A stretch of DNA of 64,000 nt, from contig UQCM01000009.1 in the NCBI GenBank assembly GCA_900539525.1, positions 5,535-69,534 of the forward strand, given 5' to 3'. This DNA is from an uncultured Blautia sp. Lineage in GTDB: Bacteria; Bacillota; Clostridia; Lachnospirales; Lachnospiraceae. The translations under genes and the position numbers were made by a program. This document shows, in pieces, positions 28,573 to 39,042 of the stretch; position 1 is the stretch's first letter, and every line of letters begins with the position of its first letter. The notes below the pieces were generated by a model, which was not told where the DNA came from, made no database searches, and saw only the letters and a program-made list of their open reading frames with translations.

Positions 28573-28733
28573 GATGATTTCGTAAAGGCACATACCCTGC
28601 TATGCAAGTATGGTGTCTCTTCGGGTTTTTGACATTTATATCCAAAAATACTATTGTCAGTTTACTATAAGGAAAATGGGAAATCAATAGTTACTTTTCA
28701 GTCCCCTGACCAGTACTAATGTTAATTATGCAC

Positions 28734-28761
28734 TTTACAATCTTGTTAAATATGTTATAAT
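28734..28761 (+). promoter_or_regulatory. SigA-type promoter for galK-galT: TTTACA, 16 nt, TGTTATAAT (extended -10)
   Basis: Good match to the consensus, about 80 nt upstream of galK. Confidence 0.55.
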
Positions 28762-28786
28762 GATTTTAGAAACATTTTTTGTGTTT

Positions 28787-28806
28787 AAAAACAATAATAT
28801 TGTTTT
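28787..28806. promoter_or_regulatory. Candidate operator: 8-3-8 inverted repeat AAAACAAT-AAT-ATTGTTTT between the -10 and the RBS of galK
   Basis: Perfect palindrome. Its position fits a repressor binding site. Confidence 0.35.
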
Positions 28807-28841
28807 AATTCAAAATATTCAAAAGTTAAAGGAGAAGCGAA

Positions 28842-30005
28842 ATGAAGGAACAGTTATTGGGGAAATTTAAAGAGCTTTTTGGGGGTGAAGGCGATATTCG
28901 GGCTTATTTCGCACCGGGCCGTGTCAATCTGATTGGTGAGCATACAGACTACAATGGCGGACATGTATTTCCATGTGCTCTGACAATCGGAACCTATGCG
29001 GTAGCAAGAAAACGTGAAGATAAAGATTTGCGCTTCTATTCCATGAATTTTGAACGTCAGGGTGTGATAAAGACCAGTCTTCTGGAAATGGCACCTGGAA
29101 AAGAGAATATCTGGACAGCCTATCCAAAAGGAGTGATGTGGGCATTCGAGCAGCGTGGAATGGAGATTCCAAATGGTCTGGATATTGTAATCTACGGTAA
29201 TATTCCAAATGGTTCAGGATTATCTTCCTCTGCATCTCTTGAGGTTCTGACCGGCTACATATTAAAGGATATGTTCGGGTTTGATGTTACGAACCAGGAT
29301 CTGGCACTGATCGGACAGTATTCTGAAAATCATTACAATGGTGTAAACTGTGGTATTATGGATCAGTTTGCAATCGCTATGGGTAAAAAAGATCATGCGA
29401 TCTTCCTTGACACCAGCAATCTGGAGTATCAGTATGCACCGATTCATCTGGAGGGAGCAAAGATTGTCATTGCATGCAGCAATAAAAAGCGTGGTCTTGG
29501 TGATTCAAAATATAATGAAAGACGTTCCGAATGTGAGACAGCTCTTGCTGAACTGCAGAAGGTGATTAAGATAGACAACCTTGGACAGCTCACAGAGGAA
29601 GAGTTCGAGGCAAACAAAGGTGCGATCGCAGATGAAGTGCGTGTGCGCCGTGCAAAACATGCCGTATATGAGAATCAGAGAACATTGCGTGCAGTGGAGG
29701 CATTGAAGTCAGATGATATTCGTCTCTTTGGTGAGCTTATGAATGCCTCTCATGTTTCACTTCGAGATGACTATGAAGTGACAGGTATTGAACTGGATAC
29801 ACTGGTTGAAGAATCCTGGAAGCAGCCGGGTGTGATCGGTTCCCGTATGACAGGCGCCGGATTCGGAGGATGTACTGTCAGCATCGTAGAAGATGATGCC
29901 ATTGAGAACTTTAAGAAAAATGTCGGGGAAGCATACAAAGCGAAGATTGGATATGCTGCTGATTTCTATGTAGTAGAGATTGGTGACGGTCCTGTCAGAT
30001 TATAG
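28842..30005 (+). CDS. galK: Galactokinase
   Basis: GEHTDYNGG and GSGLSSSAS signatures. Confidence 0.9.
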   Translation: MKEQLLGKFKELFGGEGDIRAYFAPGRVNLIGEHTDYNGGHVFPCALTIGTYAVARKREDKDLRFYSMNFERQGVIKTSLLEMAPGKENIWTAYPKGVMWAFEQRGMEIPNGLDIVIYGNIPNGSGLSSSASLEVLTGYILKDMFGFDVTNQDLALIGQYSENHYNGVNCGIMDQFAIAMGKKDHAIFLDTSNLEYQYAPIHLEGAKIVIACSNKKRGLGDSKYNERRSECETALAELQKVIKIDNLGQLTEEEFEANKGAIADEVRVRRAKHAVYENQRTLRAVEALKSDDIRLFGELMNASHVSLRDDYEVTGIELDTLVEESWKQPGVIGSRMTGAGFGGCTVSIVEDDAIENFKKNVGEAYKAKIGYAADFYVVEIGDGPVRL

Positions 30006-30041
30006 AAGATAAAAAATAGAAGATAGAAGGAGGAGTCTGCC

Positions 30042-31535
30042 GTGATTTATGAAAGCATTAAAAAACTGGTAACTTACGGTCTGGAAACCGGACTGATCTC
30101 GGAGGAAGATAAGCTCTTTACCACCAATGAGCTTCTTGAAGCACTGAAGCTTGACGAATACGAGGAACCGGAAGAGAACTATACAGATGTTGATCTGGAA
30201 TCGACGCTGGCAGAAATTCTGGATTTTGCTGCTGAGAATGGACTGATGGAGGATAACAGCATCGTATATCGTGACCTGTTTGATACGAAGCTGATGGGAC
30301 TTCTGACACCAAGACCTCATGAGGTCATCCGCAGATTCCAGGAGCTGTATGCACAGTCTCCAAAGGCTGCCACAGATGCATACTATAAGTTCAGCCAGGA
30401 CACGGACTATATTCGCCGTTACCGCATTGCAAGAGATAGAAAGTGGATGACATCCACGCCATACGGGGATCTGGATATTACGATCAATCTTTCCAAGCCG
30501 GAAAAGGATCCCAAGGCAATCGCAGCAGCGAAGCTTGCAAAGCAGAGCGGATACCCGAAATGTCAGCTCTGTATGGAAAATATCGGATATGCAGGACGTA
30601 CTAATCATCCGGCAAGGCAGAATCACCGGGTAATACCGATTACGGTAAATGGAAAACCCTGGGGATTCCAGTATTCACCTTATGTATATTACAATGAGCA
30701 CTGCATCGTGTTCAATTCCGAGCATACACCAATGAAGATCGAGCGTGATACGTTTGCAAAACTGCTGGATTTTGTACGTCAGTTCCCGCACTATTTCGTA
30801 GGCTCCAATGCGGATCTTCCAATCGTAGGAGGCTCTATTTTGAGCCACGATCATTTCCAGGGAGGCTGTTATGAATTTGCCATGGCAAAGGCTCCGGTAG
30901 AATCAAACTTTACCGTTGAGGGATTTGAGGATGTAACAGCAGGAATCGTGAAATGGCCGATGTCTGTGATCCGTCTTCAGAGTGGAGATACCGAGAGGCT
31001 GGTGGCATTTGCAGATCATATTCTGAGTGCATGGAGAGGATACACAGACGAGGAAGCGTTTATTTTCGCAGAGACAGACGGAGAACCTCATAATACGATT
31101 ACTCCGATCGCGAGAAAGCGCGGTGATATCTATGAACTGGATCTGGTGCTCCGCAATAACATTACTACAGAAGAGCACCCGATGGGGGTTTACCATCCGC
31201 ATGCAGAGCTGCATCATATCAAAAAGGAGAACATCGGTCTGATTGAAGTAATGGGACTGGCAGTTCTTCCGGCAAGACTGAAATCAGAGCTTGAGCTTCT
31301 TGCAGAATATCTGGCAGATGGTAAGGATGTGCGTTCAAATGAGATACTGGAGAAGCACGCAGACTGGGTAGACGAATTCTCTCCAAAATACGATGGATTT
31401 ACAAAAGAAAATGTCATGGATATCCTTCAGCAGGAGGTAGGAAATGTATTCATGAAGGTTCTGGAGTGTTCAGGCGTCTATAAGTGCGACGAGACGGGGC
31501 GTAAGAACTTCATGAGATTTATTGAAACATTGTAA
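30042..31535 (+). CDS. galT: UDP-glucose--hexose-1-phosphate uridylyltransferase (type 2 GalT, about 500 aa)
   Basis: Firmicute class-II GalT length and motifs. Directly follows galK. Confidence 0.85.
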   Translation: MIYESIKKLVTYGLETGLISEEDKLFTTNELLEALKLDEYEEPEENYTDVDLESTLAEILDFAAENGLMEDNSIVYRDLFDTKLMGLLTPRPHEVIRRFQELYAQSPKAATDAYYKFSQDTDYIRRYRIARDRKWMTSTPYGDLDITINLSKPEKDPKAIAAAKLAKQSGYPKCQLCMENIGYAGRTNHPARQNHRVIPITVNGKPWGFQYSPYVYYNEHCIVFNSEHTPMKIERDTFAKLLDFVRQFPHYFVGSNADLPIVGGSILSHDHFQGGCYEFAMAKAPVESNFTVEGFEDVTAGIVKWPMSVIRLQSGDTERLVAFADHILSAWRGYTDEEAFIFAETDGEPHNTITPIARKRGDIYELDLVLRNNITTEEHPMGVYHPHAELHHIKKENIGLIEVMGLAVLPARLKSELELLAEYLADGKDVRSNEILEKHADWVDEFSPKYDGFTKENVMDILQQEVGNVFMKVLECSGVYKCDETGRKNFMRFIETL

Positions 31536-31585
31536 ATCCTGAAAATACTCGTGCAACAATCCGTAAACCAGTTTTGACAGCTAAT

Positions 31586-31630
31586 AAACAGACAGGCATT
31601 GTTTGATTGCAGTGCCTGTCTGTTTTGTTA
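31586..31630 (+). terminator. Rho-independent terminator after galT
   Basis: AACAGACAGGCA...TGCCTGTCTGTT stem followed by TTTGTT. Confidence 0.65.
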
Positions 31631-31667
31631 ATGTTTCCGTAAAATTCTTAAATAAATCGAAACAGTA

Positions 31668-31697
31668 TTGATTTAAATTGGAAGAAAGTGCTATAAT
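31668..31697 (+). promoter_or_regulatory. SigA-type promoter: TTGATT, 18 nt, TGCTATAAT
   Basis: Upstream of the PAP2-like gene. Confidence 0.45.
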
Positions 31698-31750
31698 CAT
31701 GCCGATAAAAGTGTGCAAACATAAAGTGTTGTCAGGCAGGAGATGATTTA

Positions 31751-32407
31751 ATGAAATGGATAAAGCAGTACAGGCACTTTTTGATCGTGCCCGTGTATTT
31801 CATTTTTTATATGCTGATATTCGGATATGTGGAGAAACGTTCAGGGGTGCATATCTATATTCTTCACTCGCGTCTGGATGATTTTATTCCGTTTTGTGAG
31901 TATTTTATTGTACCTTACTTCCTCTGGTTTTTCTATGTTGCCGGAGCAGTAGTTTATTTTGGATTAAGAAAGAATCACCTGATCGAGTATTATCGTCTGA
32001 TTATGACTCTGGGAATCGGAATGACGCTTTTTCTCGTGGTTTCGCTGGTATTTCCGAACGGACATTCACTCAGACCCTGGCATTTTGAGCATGAGAATGT
32101 TTTTGTAGATATGGTGAGGTTCCTTTACAGCATTGATACCCCTACAAATGTACTGCCGAGTATTCATGTGTTTAATTCGATTGCTGTGGCGATTGCAGTC
32201 GCGGATTGTGAAGCATGTAAGAAACAGATCTGGGTCGTGCGCTGTTCCAATGTTCTGGCTATTCTGATCGTATGCGCCACGGTATTTTTAAAACAGCATA
32301 CAGTCATTGATGTCGTTACTGCACTGATACTGAATGCAGCCTGCTATTATCTGATCTACAGGCCGCGTTATGTATTTGGACGAAAGCCGCTTCCGGAAAC
32401 ACATTAG
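31751..32407 (+). CDS. PAP2-superfamily integral membrane protein (phosphatase or phosphotransferase)
   Basis: Degenerate PAP2 motifs: RP, PSIH, and QHTVID (H-x3-D). Six predicted TM helices. Confidence 0.45.
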   Translation: MKWIKQYRHFLIVPVYFIFYMLIFGYVEKRSGVHIYILHSRLDDFIPFCEYFIVPYFLWFFYVAGAVVYFGLRKNHLIEYYRLIMTLGIGMTLFLVVSLVFPNGHSLRPWHFEHENVFVDMVRFLYSIDTPTNVLPSIHVFNSIAVAIAVADCEACKKQIWVVRCSNVLAILIVCATVFLKQHTVIDVVTALILNAACYYLIYRPRYVFGRKPLPETH

Positions 32408-32507
32408 TGTCCGGATAAAAAGAATCCTGTTTTGCAGGATTCTTTTTTGTATTCTTTCACGTTTCTTTGCGTATAATGGTAATAATTTCTCTTCCAATGA
32501 GGTTATT

Positions 32508-32765
32508 ATGCGTATCTGTGATCTCCGTCAAAAAGAAGTAATTAATATCTGTACCTGCCGTTCTCTTGGATGTGTCGGTGATGTAGATATTGATCCAAAA
32601 TCAGGCTGTATTCTATTTCTCATCATTCCCGGACCTGGAAAGCTCTGCTCCTTTCTTGGCCGTGACACGGAATTCATCATCCCGTGGAAATGTATCAGAC
32701 AAATTGGAAATGACATAATTCTTGTTGAAATAAATGAAGATGAGTGTCAGAAAAAATGCGAGTAA
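32508..32765 (+). CDS. ymxH: YlmC/YmxH-family PRC-barrel sporulation protein
   Basis: MRICDLRQKEVINICTCRSLGCVGDVDIDPKSGCI, typical of the family. Found upstream of sigG as in other Clostridia. Confidence 0.65.
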   Translation: MRICDLRQKEVINICTCRSLGCVGDVDIDPKSGCILFLIIPGPGKLCSFLGRDTEFIIPWKCIRQIGNDIILVEINEDECQKKCE

Positions 32766-32882
32766 GCTTATTACGACATCCATTCTGTCAAGGGCTAAAA
32801 CTTTATAAAATTTTAGCCTTACATGAATATGTAAGAGCCATAATGTGAACCATTTTATTATACCATTTGACAGGAGGATTAC

Positions 32883-33662
32883 ATGATGGCTCTTAATAAG
32901 GTTGAGATATGCGGTGTAAATACATCCAAGCTTCCACTCTTATCTAACGAAGAAAAGGAAGCGCTTTTTGCGCGTATCAAAGAAGGGGATATGGAGGCGC
33001 GTGAACTTTATATTAAGGGAAATCTGCGCCTTGTACTAAGTGTGATCAAACGTTTTGGGAGCAGTAATGAGAATGCCGATGACTTGTTTCAGATCGGATG
33101 CATCGGGCTCATTAAAGCGATTGATAATTTCGATGCAACCTTGAATGTGAAATTCTCCACTTATGCGGTACCGATGATCATCGGTGAAGTCCGCAGATAT
33201 CTGAGGGATAACAACAGCATTCGTGTGAGCAGGTCTTTAAGAGATACCGCCTATAAAGCAATTTATGCAAAAGAAAACTATATGAGAAAGAATCTGAAGG
33301 AACCGACAATTCATGAGATTGCTGAGGAAATCGGAATCTCAAAGGAGGATATCGTCTTCGCCATGGATGCCATTCAGACACCTGTGAGCCTCTATGAACC
33401 CGTTTACACCGAAGGCGGTGACACCCTCTATGTAATGGATCAGATCAGCGACCGCAAAAACAAAGAGGAGAAATGGGTAGAATCAATTGCTTTAAATGAA
33501 GCAATTAAACGGCTTGGAGAACGCGAAAAAATGATTATTGAAATGCGTTTCTATGAAGGCAAGACTCAGATGGAAGTGGCCAATGAAATTCACATCTCGC
33601 AGGCACAGGTAAGCAGGCTGGAAAAAAATGCACTGCGACTGATGCGGGCTTATCTGGATTAG
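32883..33662 (+). CDS. sigG: Sporulation sigma factor SigG
   Basis: N-terminal NKVEICGVNTSKLPLLSNEE is near-identical to the SigG signature. Sigma-70 regions 2-4 present. Confidence 0.8.
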   Translation: MMALNKVEICGVNTSKLPLLSNEEKEALFARIKEGDMEARELYIKGNLRLVLSVIKRFGSSNENADDLFQIGCIGLIKAIDNFDATLNVKFSTYAVPMIIGEVRRYLRDNNSIRVSRSLRDTAYKAIYAKENYMRKNLKEPTIHEIAEEIGISKEDIVFAMDAIQTPVSLYEPVYTEGGDTLYVMDQISDRKNKEEKWVESIALNEAIKRLGEREKMIIEMRFYEGKTQMEVANEIHISQAQVSRLEKNALRLMRAYLD

Positions 33663-33668
33663 AAAAAC

Positions 33669-33748
33669 AAAAAACACCTCTACTTGGCTGACATGTGAAT
33701 CGTAACAGTTACTGTTCATGTGCGTGTCAGCCAATTCGAGGTGTTTTT
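33669..33748. repeat. 80-bp palindrome made of two inverted family-2 5' modules (…GGCTGACATGTG / CGTGTCAGCC…) joined at a GTTACTGTTCA core; probable terminator of sigG
   Basis: Visible inverted repeat, followed by TTTTTCATT. Confidence 0.5.
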
Positions 33749-33833
33749 CATTGACAATATACAGGAAATTGGGGTATAACTAAGGAAAAGAATCAGAAGG
33801 ATACTGTTTCAGTTACGATCAGGGAGGAAAAGA

Positions 33834-34283
33834 ATGAAGTGTCCATTTTGTAACCAGGATAATACGAGAGTCGTGGACTCCAGGCCGGCTGATGATAATT
33901 ATTCCATCAGACGGCGCAGGATGTGTGATGAGTGCGGGAAGCGTTTTACCACTTATGAGAAGGTTGAAACGATTCCTTTGATTGTCATTAAAAAGGACCG
34001 GAGCAGAGAAGAGTATGACCGTTCCAAGATCGAGGCGGGTGTTTTGCGTGCATGTTATAAAAGACCGATTCCTGTTCAGAAAATCAATGAACTGGTGGAC
34101 AACGTGGAGACAGAGCTGTTTAACCGGGAGGAGAGAGAAATCGAAAGTAATCTGATCGGAGAAATCGTTATGGACAAGCTTAAAGATCTTGAAGCTGTAG
34201 CCTATGTACGGTTTGCCTCTGTGTACCGTGAGTTCAAAGACGTGAATACGTTTATGGATGAACTGAAAAAAATACTGAAGTAG
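33834..34283 (+). CDS. nrdR: Transcriptional repressor NrdR
   Basis: MKCPFCNQDNTRVVDSRP zinc ribbon plus ATP-cone. Confidence 0.9.
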   Translation: MKCPFCNQDNTRVVDSRPADDNYSIRRRRMCDECGKRFTTYEKVETIPLIVIKKDRSREEYDRSKIEAGVLRACYKRPIPVQKINELVDNVETELFNREEREIESNLIGEIVMDKLKDLEAVAYVRFASVYREFKDVNTFMDELKKILK

Positions 34284-34287
34284 ACAG

Positions 34288-37200
34288 GTGAATATTTTGA
34301 AGAAAAGAATCGAACAGTTATTAAACGAAGAATTTGAATATGAACCATCACCCATGCGGATTTCGCAGGCGAGAATCCATGCAGTCCTCCGGAAAGGGGC
34401 GGCATTTCGCGGAGAATTTACCGTAGAAAGTGAAGACCAGAAAAAAATGAAGGGCTTTATCTATTCCAGCAGTCCACGGATGGGATATGAGCCCTCTGAT
34501 TTTGATGGAATCAGGGAAAAGATCATTTATGAGCTGGACAGTACAGGAATGAACGAGGGAGATGTACTCGAAGGCGCATTCACAATCTGCTCAAATCGGG
34601 GAGAATATCAGGTGCCCTATCATATTGAGATCGCCAAAAGTGTCGTAAAGACTTCAACAGAGGTAATCGACAGTCTGGATGATTTCATCAAAATTGCAAA
34701 AGAGGATTTTCAGAAAGCGTACTCGATCTTTCTTTCAGACGGTTTCTTGAAAATTCTTTCCGGGCAGGCACCCCGATGGATGCCTCTCTATGAAGGGCTG
34801 CAGATGAAGCCATCTGGCTGTCAGGATATGGAGGAGTTTCTGATCGGTATTCACAGCAAAGAAAGAGTGAAGTTCTCACTGGGAGAGTCGAAAGTGTGCC
34901 TGGACAGCTCCGACCAGGTGCAGCAGGAGTCTCTGACGATCTTAAAGGACAGCTGGGGATTTCAGAAGCTGGATATTTCTTCTGACGCAGATTTTATTCA
35001 GCCGGAAAGACAGTCGGTTACGACGGATGATTTTATCGGGAGTTCCTGTTGCCTGAACTATCTGATCTGCCCGGAGAAACTTCATGCGGGAAATAACTAT
35101 GGACGGATTCGTATAAAGAGTTCGTTTCAGACACTGGTATGTGAGATAACGGTGGTGAAATCTTCACACAATGCGTCTTCTTTGGAACGAAGAGAGCAGA
35201 AGAAAAGAATAAAAAGCCTTCTGGAGAGATACCTTGCGTTTCGACTGAACAGAATCAGTCTGAAGGAATGGGTGGAAGTATCACAGGAGGATCTGGATGA
35301 ATATCGAAGAGCCGGCGGTGCAGAACTTATGGTCGAGTTGTACCGGGCACATCTTTGCTTTGCATCAGGCAGGGAAGAGGATGGATGCATTCTTTTGTCA
35401 GAATTACAGGGAAACAGGGAAATTGCAGCGATTCCCGAGCTACAGGGATATTACCTGTATCTGACGACCTTCTATAACAAAGACCGCAAGTATGTCGACT
35501 ATGTTGAGGAAAGACTGCTGGAGCTGCTCGGGCAGAATCAGGAGAACTGGATACTGCAGTGGTTTTTGATGTATTTACAGGAAAACCTGGTTTCTCATCT
35601 GACAGAAAGGCTTGAGGTGATCCGGAGGCAGTTTCTGTGCGGCTGCAGGAGCAGGATCATGTATCTGGAAGCATATAAGATTATTGAAAAAAGTCCGCTC
35701 CTGCTTAAAAAATTCGGAGAGTTTGAACGCTGCCTTCTGCGATTTATCAGCAGAGAGGAACTGTTGAATAATGAAATCATCATGCAGGTGGGTGATCTGG
35801 CTTCCAGGAACAGAGAGTATTCTGGAGAATTATATGAGATTTTGAAAAAATGCTATCAGATAAAACCATCAGACGGACTGGCGGGTGCGATATGCCGTCT
35901 TCTGATCAAGGGAAACAAAGAGGGTGGAGAGTATTTTGAGTGGTACGAAAAAGCGGTGGAGGCGGATCTTAGAATTACCGGACTCTATGAGTACTATGTG
36001 AAATCTCTGGATCCGGAGAGTAAGGTTGAGCTTCCGCGAATGGTCAGAATGTATTTTGCCTATAATAATACACTGGATTACCGGAAGAAAGCGCAGGTAT
36101 ATGCAAATGTGATTGAAAATCGCGAAAAAGATCCCCGAACGTTCCAGAATTACCGCCCGATCATTGAAAAATTTATGGTGGATCAGATTGCTGCCGGGCG
36201 TATCAATCGTGAACTGGCCGTTATCTACCGTACCTTTTTAAATCGATCTGTACTAAATGAGCGGATGGCCAAACAGCTTGCAGCAGTCTTATTTTCCTGT
36301 GAAATACATAGTGATGATCCGAATGCGAAATTTGCAGTTGTGATCCATCGACAGCTAAAGGGAGAGCAGAGGGTCTCTCTGACAGGAAAAAAAGCAGTGG
36401 TCCAGATATATACGGATGACTATGAGATTCTGATTGAGGATGAAAAGGGATACAGGTATCCGTCCTTACAGCCAGTTGAGATGGTTCGGCTGCTTGATGA
36501 ACCTGAACTGATCAGTCTTTGCAGAGAACTGGCACCAAAATGCCCGGAGATAATCCTTTATGTATGCAGAACTATGGATGAGAAGCATCCGGTCAGGGAA
36601 GAAAATGTTAAGGATTTTTGCAGCCTCCTGGATATGAAAGAGATCAGGGAGAGTTTCAGGGAAAAGATACGACAGGAGATTCTCGATTATTATTATCATA
36701 ATCCGAAGTCAGAATCCTTATATGATTTTCTTCATGAAATAGAGCCCGGTCAGTTTGTTTTAATTGGGAAGAGGAAGCTGACAGAGCTGCTGGTATCGGA
36801 AGGGATGAGCCGGGAGGCTTTCGAACTGACGGAAGTCTACGGAGCGGAAGATGTGGACTGCGGCGTGCTGGTCCGTATGTGCAGCCGGATGATTATCAGT
36901 AAGGAATTCGATGAAGATGAAATGCTTCTCTCCAATTGCTGGCATTGCTTTGTGAATGATAAATATGATGAGACAGTGTTATCCTACCTGGTAAAATACT
37001 ATGACGGTCCGATCGAGAACATGAAACGTCTCTGGAGAGCAGGAAAGCAGTTTGAACTGGAAACTTTTGAACTGGAGGAAAAGATCCTTCTGGTATTGGT
37101 TTTCATGCGATGTAAAGCCGGACAGACAGAAGAAATTTTTGCGTCCTACAGGCGGAAGATGGGTAAGAAGAAGCTTTTGAAAGCATATGCGATCAGCCGT

Positions 37201-37851
37201 GCCTATGATTATTTTGTCCGTGAGGAGACGATAGGTGATCAGGTATTTACATATATAGAACAGGCTTATGAGAGAGAAAAGATTCAGCCACGGGTATGTC
37301 TGCTGGCTCTGCTTCGATGGTATGCAGCGAGTGCATCCCTGACAGAAAAACAGCAGGAAAACGTGCAGAAGCTCCTGGAGGAATTCTACTATGGAGGAAT
37401 GCAGTTTGCTTTTTATCAGAAATTTGACCGGATATTGACCCGGCCATTCCAGATACAGGATAAGAGTTATGTGGAGTATCGTACCAATCCCGGGGCCACA
37501 GTGACGCTAACATGGTATCTGGAAAAATCAGACGGAGAAAAGACCAGAGAAATCTCCGAGCCTATGAAAAATGTATATGAAGGAATCTTTGTGAAGGAAT
37601 TTACCCTGTTCTACGGAGAAACCGTTCATTACAGTATTCAGGAGGAACAAAATGGTACCAGAAAAGAGAAGAACGATCAGACGCTTAGCTTTTGCAGCAA
37701 CAGCAGTACCGGGGATCATTCCTGCTATGATCTGATCAACCGGCTGGCAAAAGCTCTGGATGACAGAGACGAAAAGGCGGTAAAACATGTGATGGAGCTT
37801 TATCTGGAGCAGAAATGTCTGGCAGATCACATTTTTCCGTGCAACGAATAG
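34288..37851 (+). CDS. Giant (1187 aa) cytoplasmic protein of unknown function: beta-rich N-terminal repeats and a long helical-repeat body
   Basis: No TM helix or signal peptide. The first in-frame ATG is only at codon 23, so the start is presumably the GTG at 34288 (4 nt after the nrdR stop) or the TTG at 34297. Confidence 0.45.
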   Translation: MNILKKRIEQLLNEEFEYEPSPMRISQARIHAVLRKGAAFRGEFTVESEDQKKMKGFIYSSSPRMGYEPSDFDGIREKIIYELDSTGMNEGDVLEGAFTICSNRGEYQVPYHIEIAKSVVKTSTEVIDSLDDFIKIAKEDFQKAYSIFLSDGFLKILSGQAPRWMPLYEGLQMKPSGCQDMEEFLIGIHSKERVKFSLGESKVCLDSSDQVQQESLTILKDSWGFQKLDISSDADFIQPERQSVTTDDFIGSSCCLNYLICPEKLHAGNNYGRIRIKSSFQTLVCEITVVKSSHNASSLERREQKKRIKSLLERYLAFRLNRISLKEWVEVSQEDLDEYRRAGGAELMVELYRAHLCFASGREEDGCILLSELQGNREIAAIPELQGYYLYLTTFYNKDRKYVDYVEERLLELLGQNQENWILQWFLMYLQENLVSHLTERLEVIRRQFLCGCRSRIMYLEAYKIIEKSPLLLKKFGEFERCLLRFISREELLNNEIIMQVGDLASRNREYSGELYEILKKCYQIKPSDGLAGAICRLLIKGNKEGGEYFEWYEKAVEADLRITGLYEYYVKSLDPESKVELPRMVRMYFAYNNTLDYRKKAQVYANVIENREKDPRTFQNYRPIIEKFMVDQIAAGRINRELAVIYRTFLNRSVLNERMAKQLAAVLFSCEIHSDDPNAKFAVVIHRQLKGEQRVSLTGKKAVVQIYTDDYEILIEDEKGYRYPSLQPVEMVRLLDEPELISLCRELAPKCPEIILYVCRTMDEKHPVREENVKDFCSLLDMKEIRESFREKIRQEILDYYYHNPKSESLYDFLHEIEPGQFVLIGKRKLTELLVSEGMSREAFELTEVYGAEDVDCGVLVRMCSRMIISKEFDEDEMLLSNCWHCFVNDKYDETVLSYLVKYYDGPIENMKRLWRAGKQFELETFELEEKILLVLVFMRCKAGQTEEIFASYRRKMGKKKLLKAYAISRAYDYFVREETIGDQVFTYIEQAYEREKIQPRVCLLALLRWYAASASLTEKQQENVQKLLEEFYYGGMQFAFYQKFDRILTRPFQIQDKSYVEYRTNPGATVTLTWYLEKSDGEKTREISEPMKNVYEGIFVKEFTLFYGETVHYSIQEEQNGTRKEKNDQTLSFCSNSSTGDHSCYDLINRLAKALDDRDEKAVKHVMELYLEQKCLADHIFPCNE

Positions 37852-37865
37852 TTTCGGAGGCGAAT

Positions 37866-39029
37866 ATGGCAATGGAATATAATGAGGTAGTCATAGGGTT
37901 TGATCTCGGACGTGACTCCTCGATACTTACCTTTTATCATAAGAATAATACGGAGCCTATGACGGTCAGCTCTGTTCCCGGAGAAGAAAAATATCAGATA
38001 CCTACACCAAGGGATTTGTTTCCGCTCATTGAGCAGGGGGCAGAGCTTGGTACTGCGCTGCTGTCAAATTTTTTCAAGATGTGCTTCGAAAAACTTTCGG
38101 CAGTAGGTCCGATGCAGGATATTTCTGTGATGGTAACGATGGAGAAGGTACGGCCGGTCTGGATTCATGAGATCCGGAGTGCACTGGAAATGCTGGATAT
38201 CCCGCGTAACAGGATTTATCTGCAGGATCATCTGGAAAGCTTTTACTATTATGCATTAAGTCAGAGAAAAGATCTGTGGCGCTATAAGGTTGCATTATTT
38301 GAATATGAAAAGGACTACATAACAGGATATGAGCTGAGTATCGACAATACGACAAAGCCTGCATTTGTAAAGGTTAAAAACAGAGGACGCATCTGTCTGG
38401 ATGCAAAGGTGAGAGGAAGCCGCAAGCCGGAGCACTGGAAGAGGATGAAGGATATCCGTTTTCTGGAGCTGGCTAAGAAGATTATGGGAAGTGATGCATT
38501 TTCCTCCGTGTATCTGGTTGGCGAGTCTTTTGATCAGAGCTGGGAGAAGGAATCTCTGAAATATCTGTGCTTCAGGCGAAAGGTTTTTCAGGGAAGAAAT
38601 CTTTATTCCAAAGGTGCATGCTATGGTGCCATGCATCTGTCAGGGATGCAGCCTCTTGGAAGTTTTCTTTATGCGGGGCCGGATATGATCGAGCATAATA
38701 TCGGCATGATGATGCTTCAAAGGGGAACGGAGAGCTATGTGAATATGATCAATGCCGGGATCAACTATTATATGGCATACTATGAGTGTGAGTTTATTCC
38801 GGATGATACGGAAGAGCTGGTACTTCTGTCAGGCAGTATCCATGGAGAAAAGAAGGTACATACGATAGAGATGACGGATTTTCCCGGACGTCCGAACCGG
38901 GCTACAAGAATCCATATGGAGCTGACATTTCCGGCAAAGAACAGGTGCCGGGTAAGACTTGAGGATATGGGTTTCGGTGAACTGTACAGAAGTACAGGGA
39001 AAATATGGGAAGCAGTCATCGAGCTGTAG
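37866..39029 (+). CDS. Hsp70/actin-fold (ASKHA-like) ATPase-domain protein, uncharacterised
   Basis: VVIGFDLGRDSS (phosphate-1-like), ISVMVTM, and VYLVGESF (phosphate-2-like). GGAGG RBS. Coupled to the upstream giant ORF. Confidence 0.45.
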   Translation: MAMEYNEVVIGFDLGRDSSILTFYHKNNTEPMTVSSVPGEEKYQIPTPRDLFPLIEQGAELGTALLSNFFKMCFEKLSAVGPMQDISVMVTMEKVRPVWIHEIRSALEMLDIPRNRIYLQDHLESFYYYALSQRKDLWRYKVALFEYEKDYITGYELSIDNTTKPAFVKVKNRGRICLDAKVRGSRKPEHWKRMKDIRFLELAKKIMGSDAFSSVYLVGESFDQSWEKESLKYLCFRRKVFQGRNLYSKGACYGAMHLSGMQPLGSFLYAGPDMIEHNIGMMMLQRGTESYVNMINAGINYYMAYYECEFIPDDTEELVLLSGSIHGEKKVHTIEMTDFPGRPNRATRIHMELTFPAKNRCRVRLEDMGFGELYRSTGKIWEAVIEL

Positions 39030-39042
39030 AAAGGAGGTCAGT

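Noticed and set aside
32811-32860. Forespore-type (sigma-F/G) promoter upstream of sigG
   Set aside because: A TGAATAT box (-35-like) and CATTTTA / CATAATG boxes (-10-like) exist, but none is at the required spacing of 17-18 nt. No confident call.
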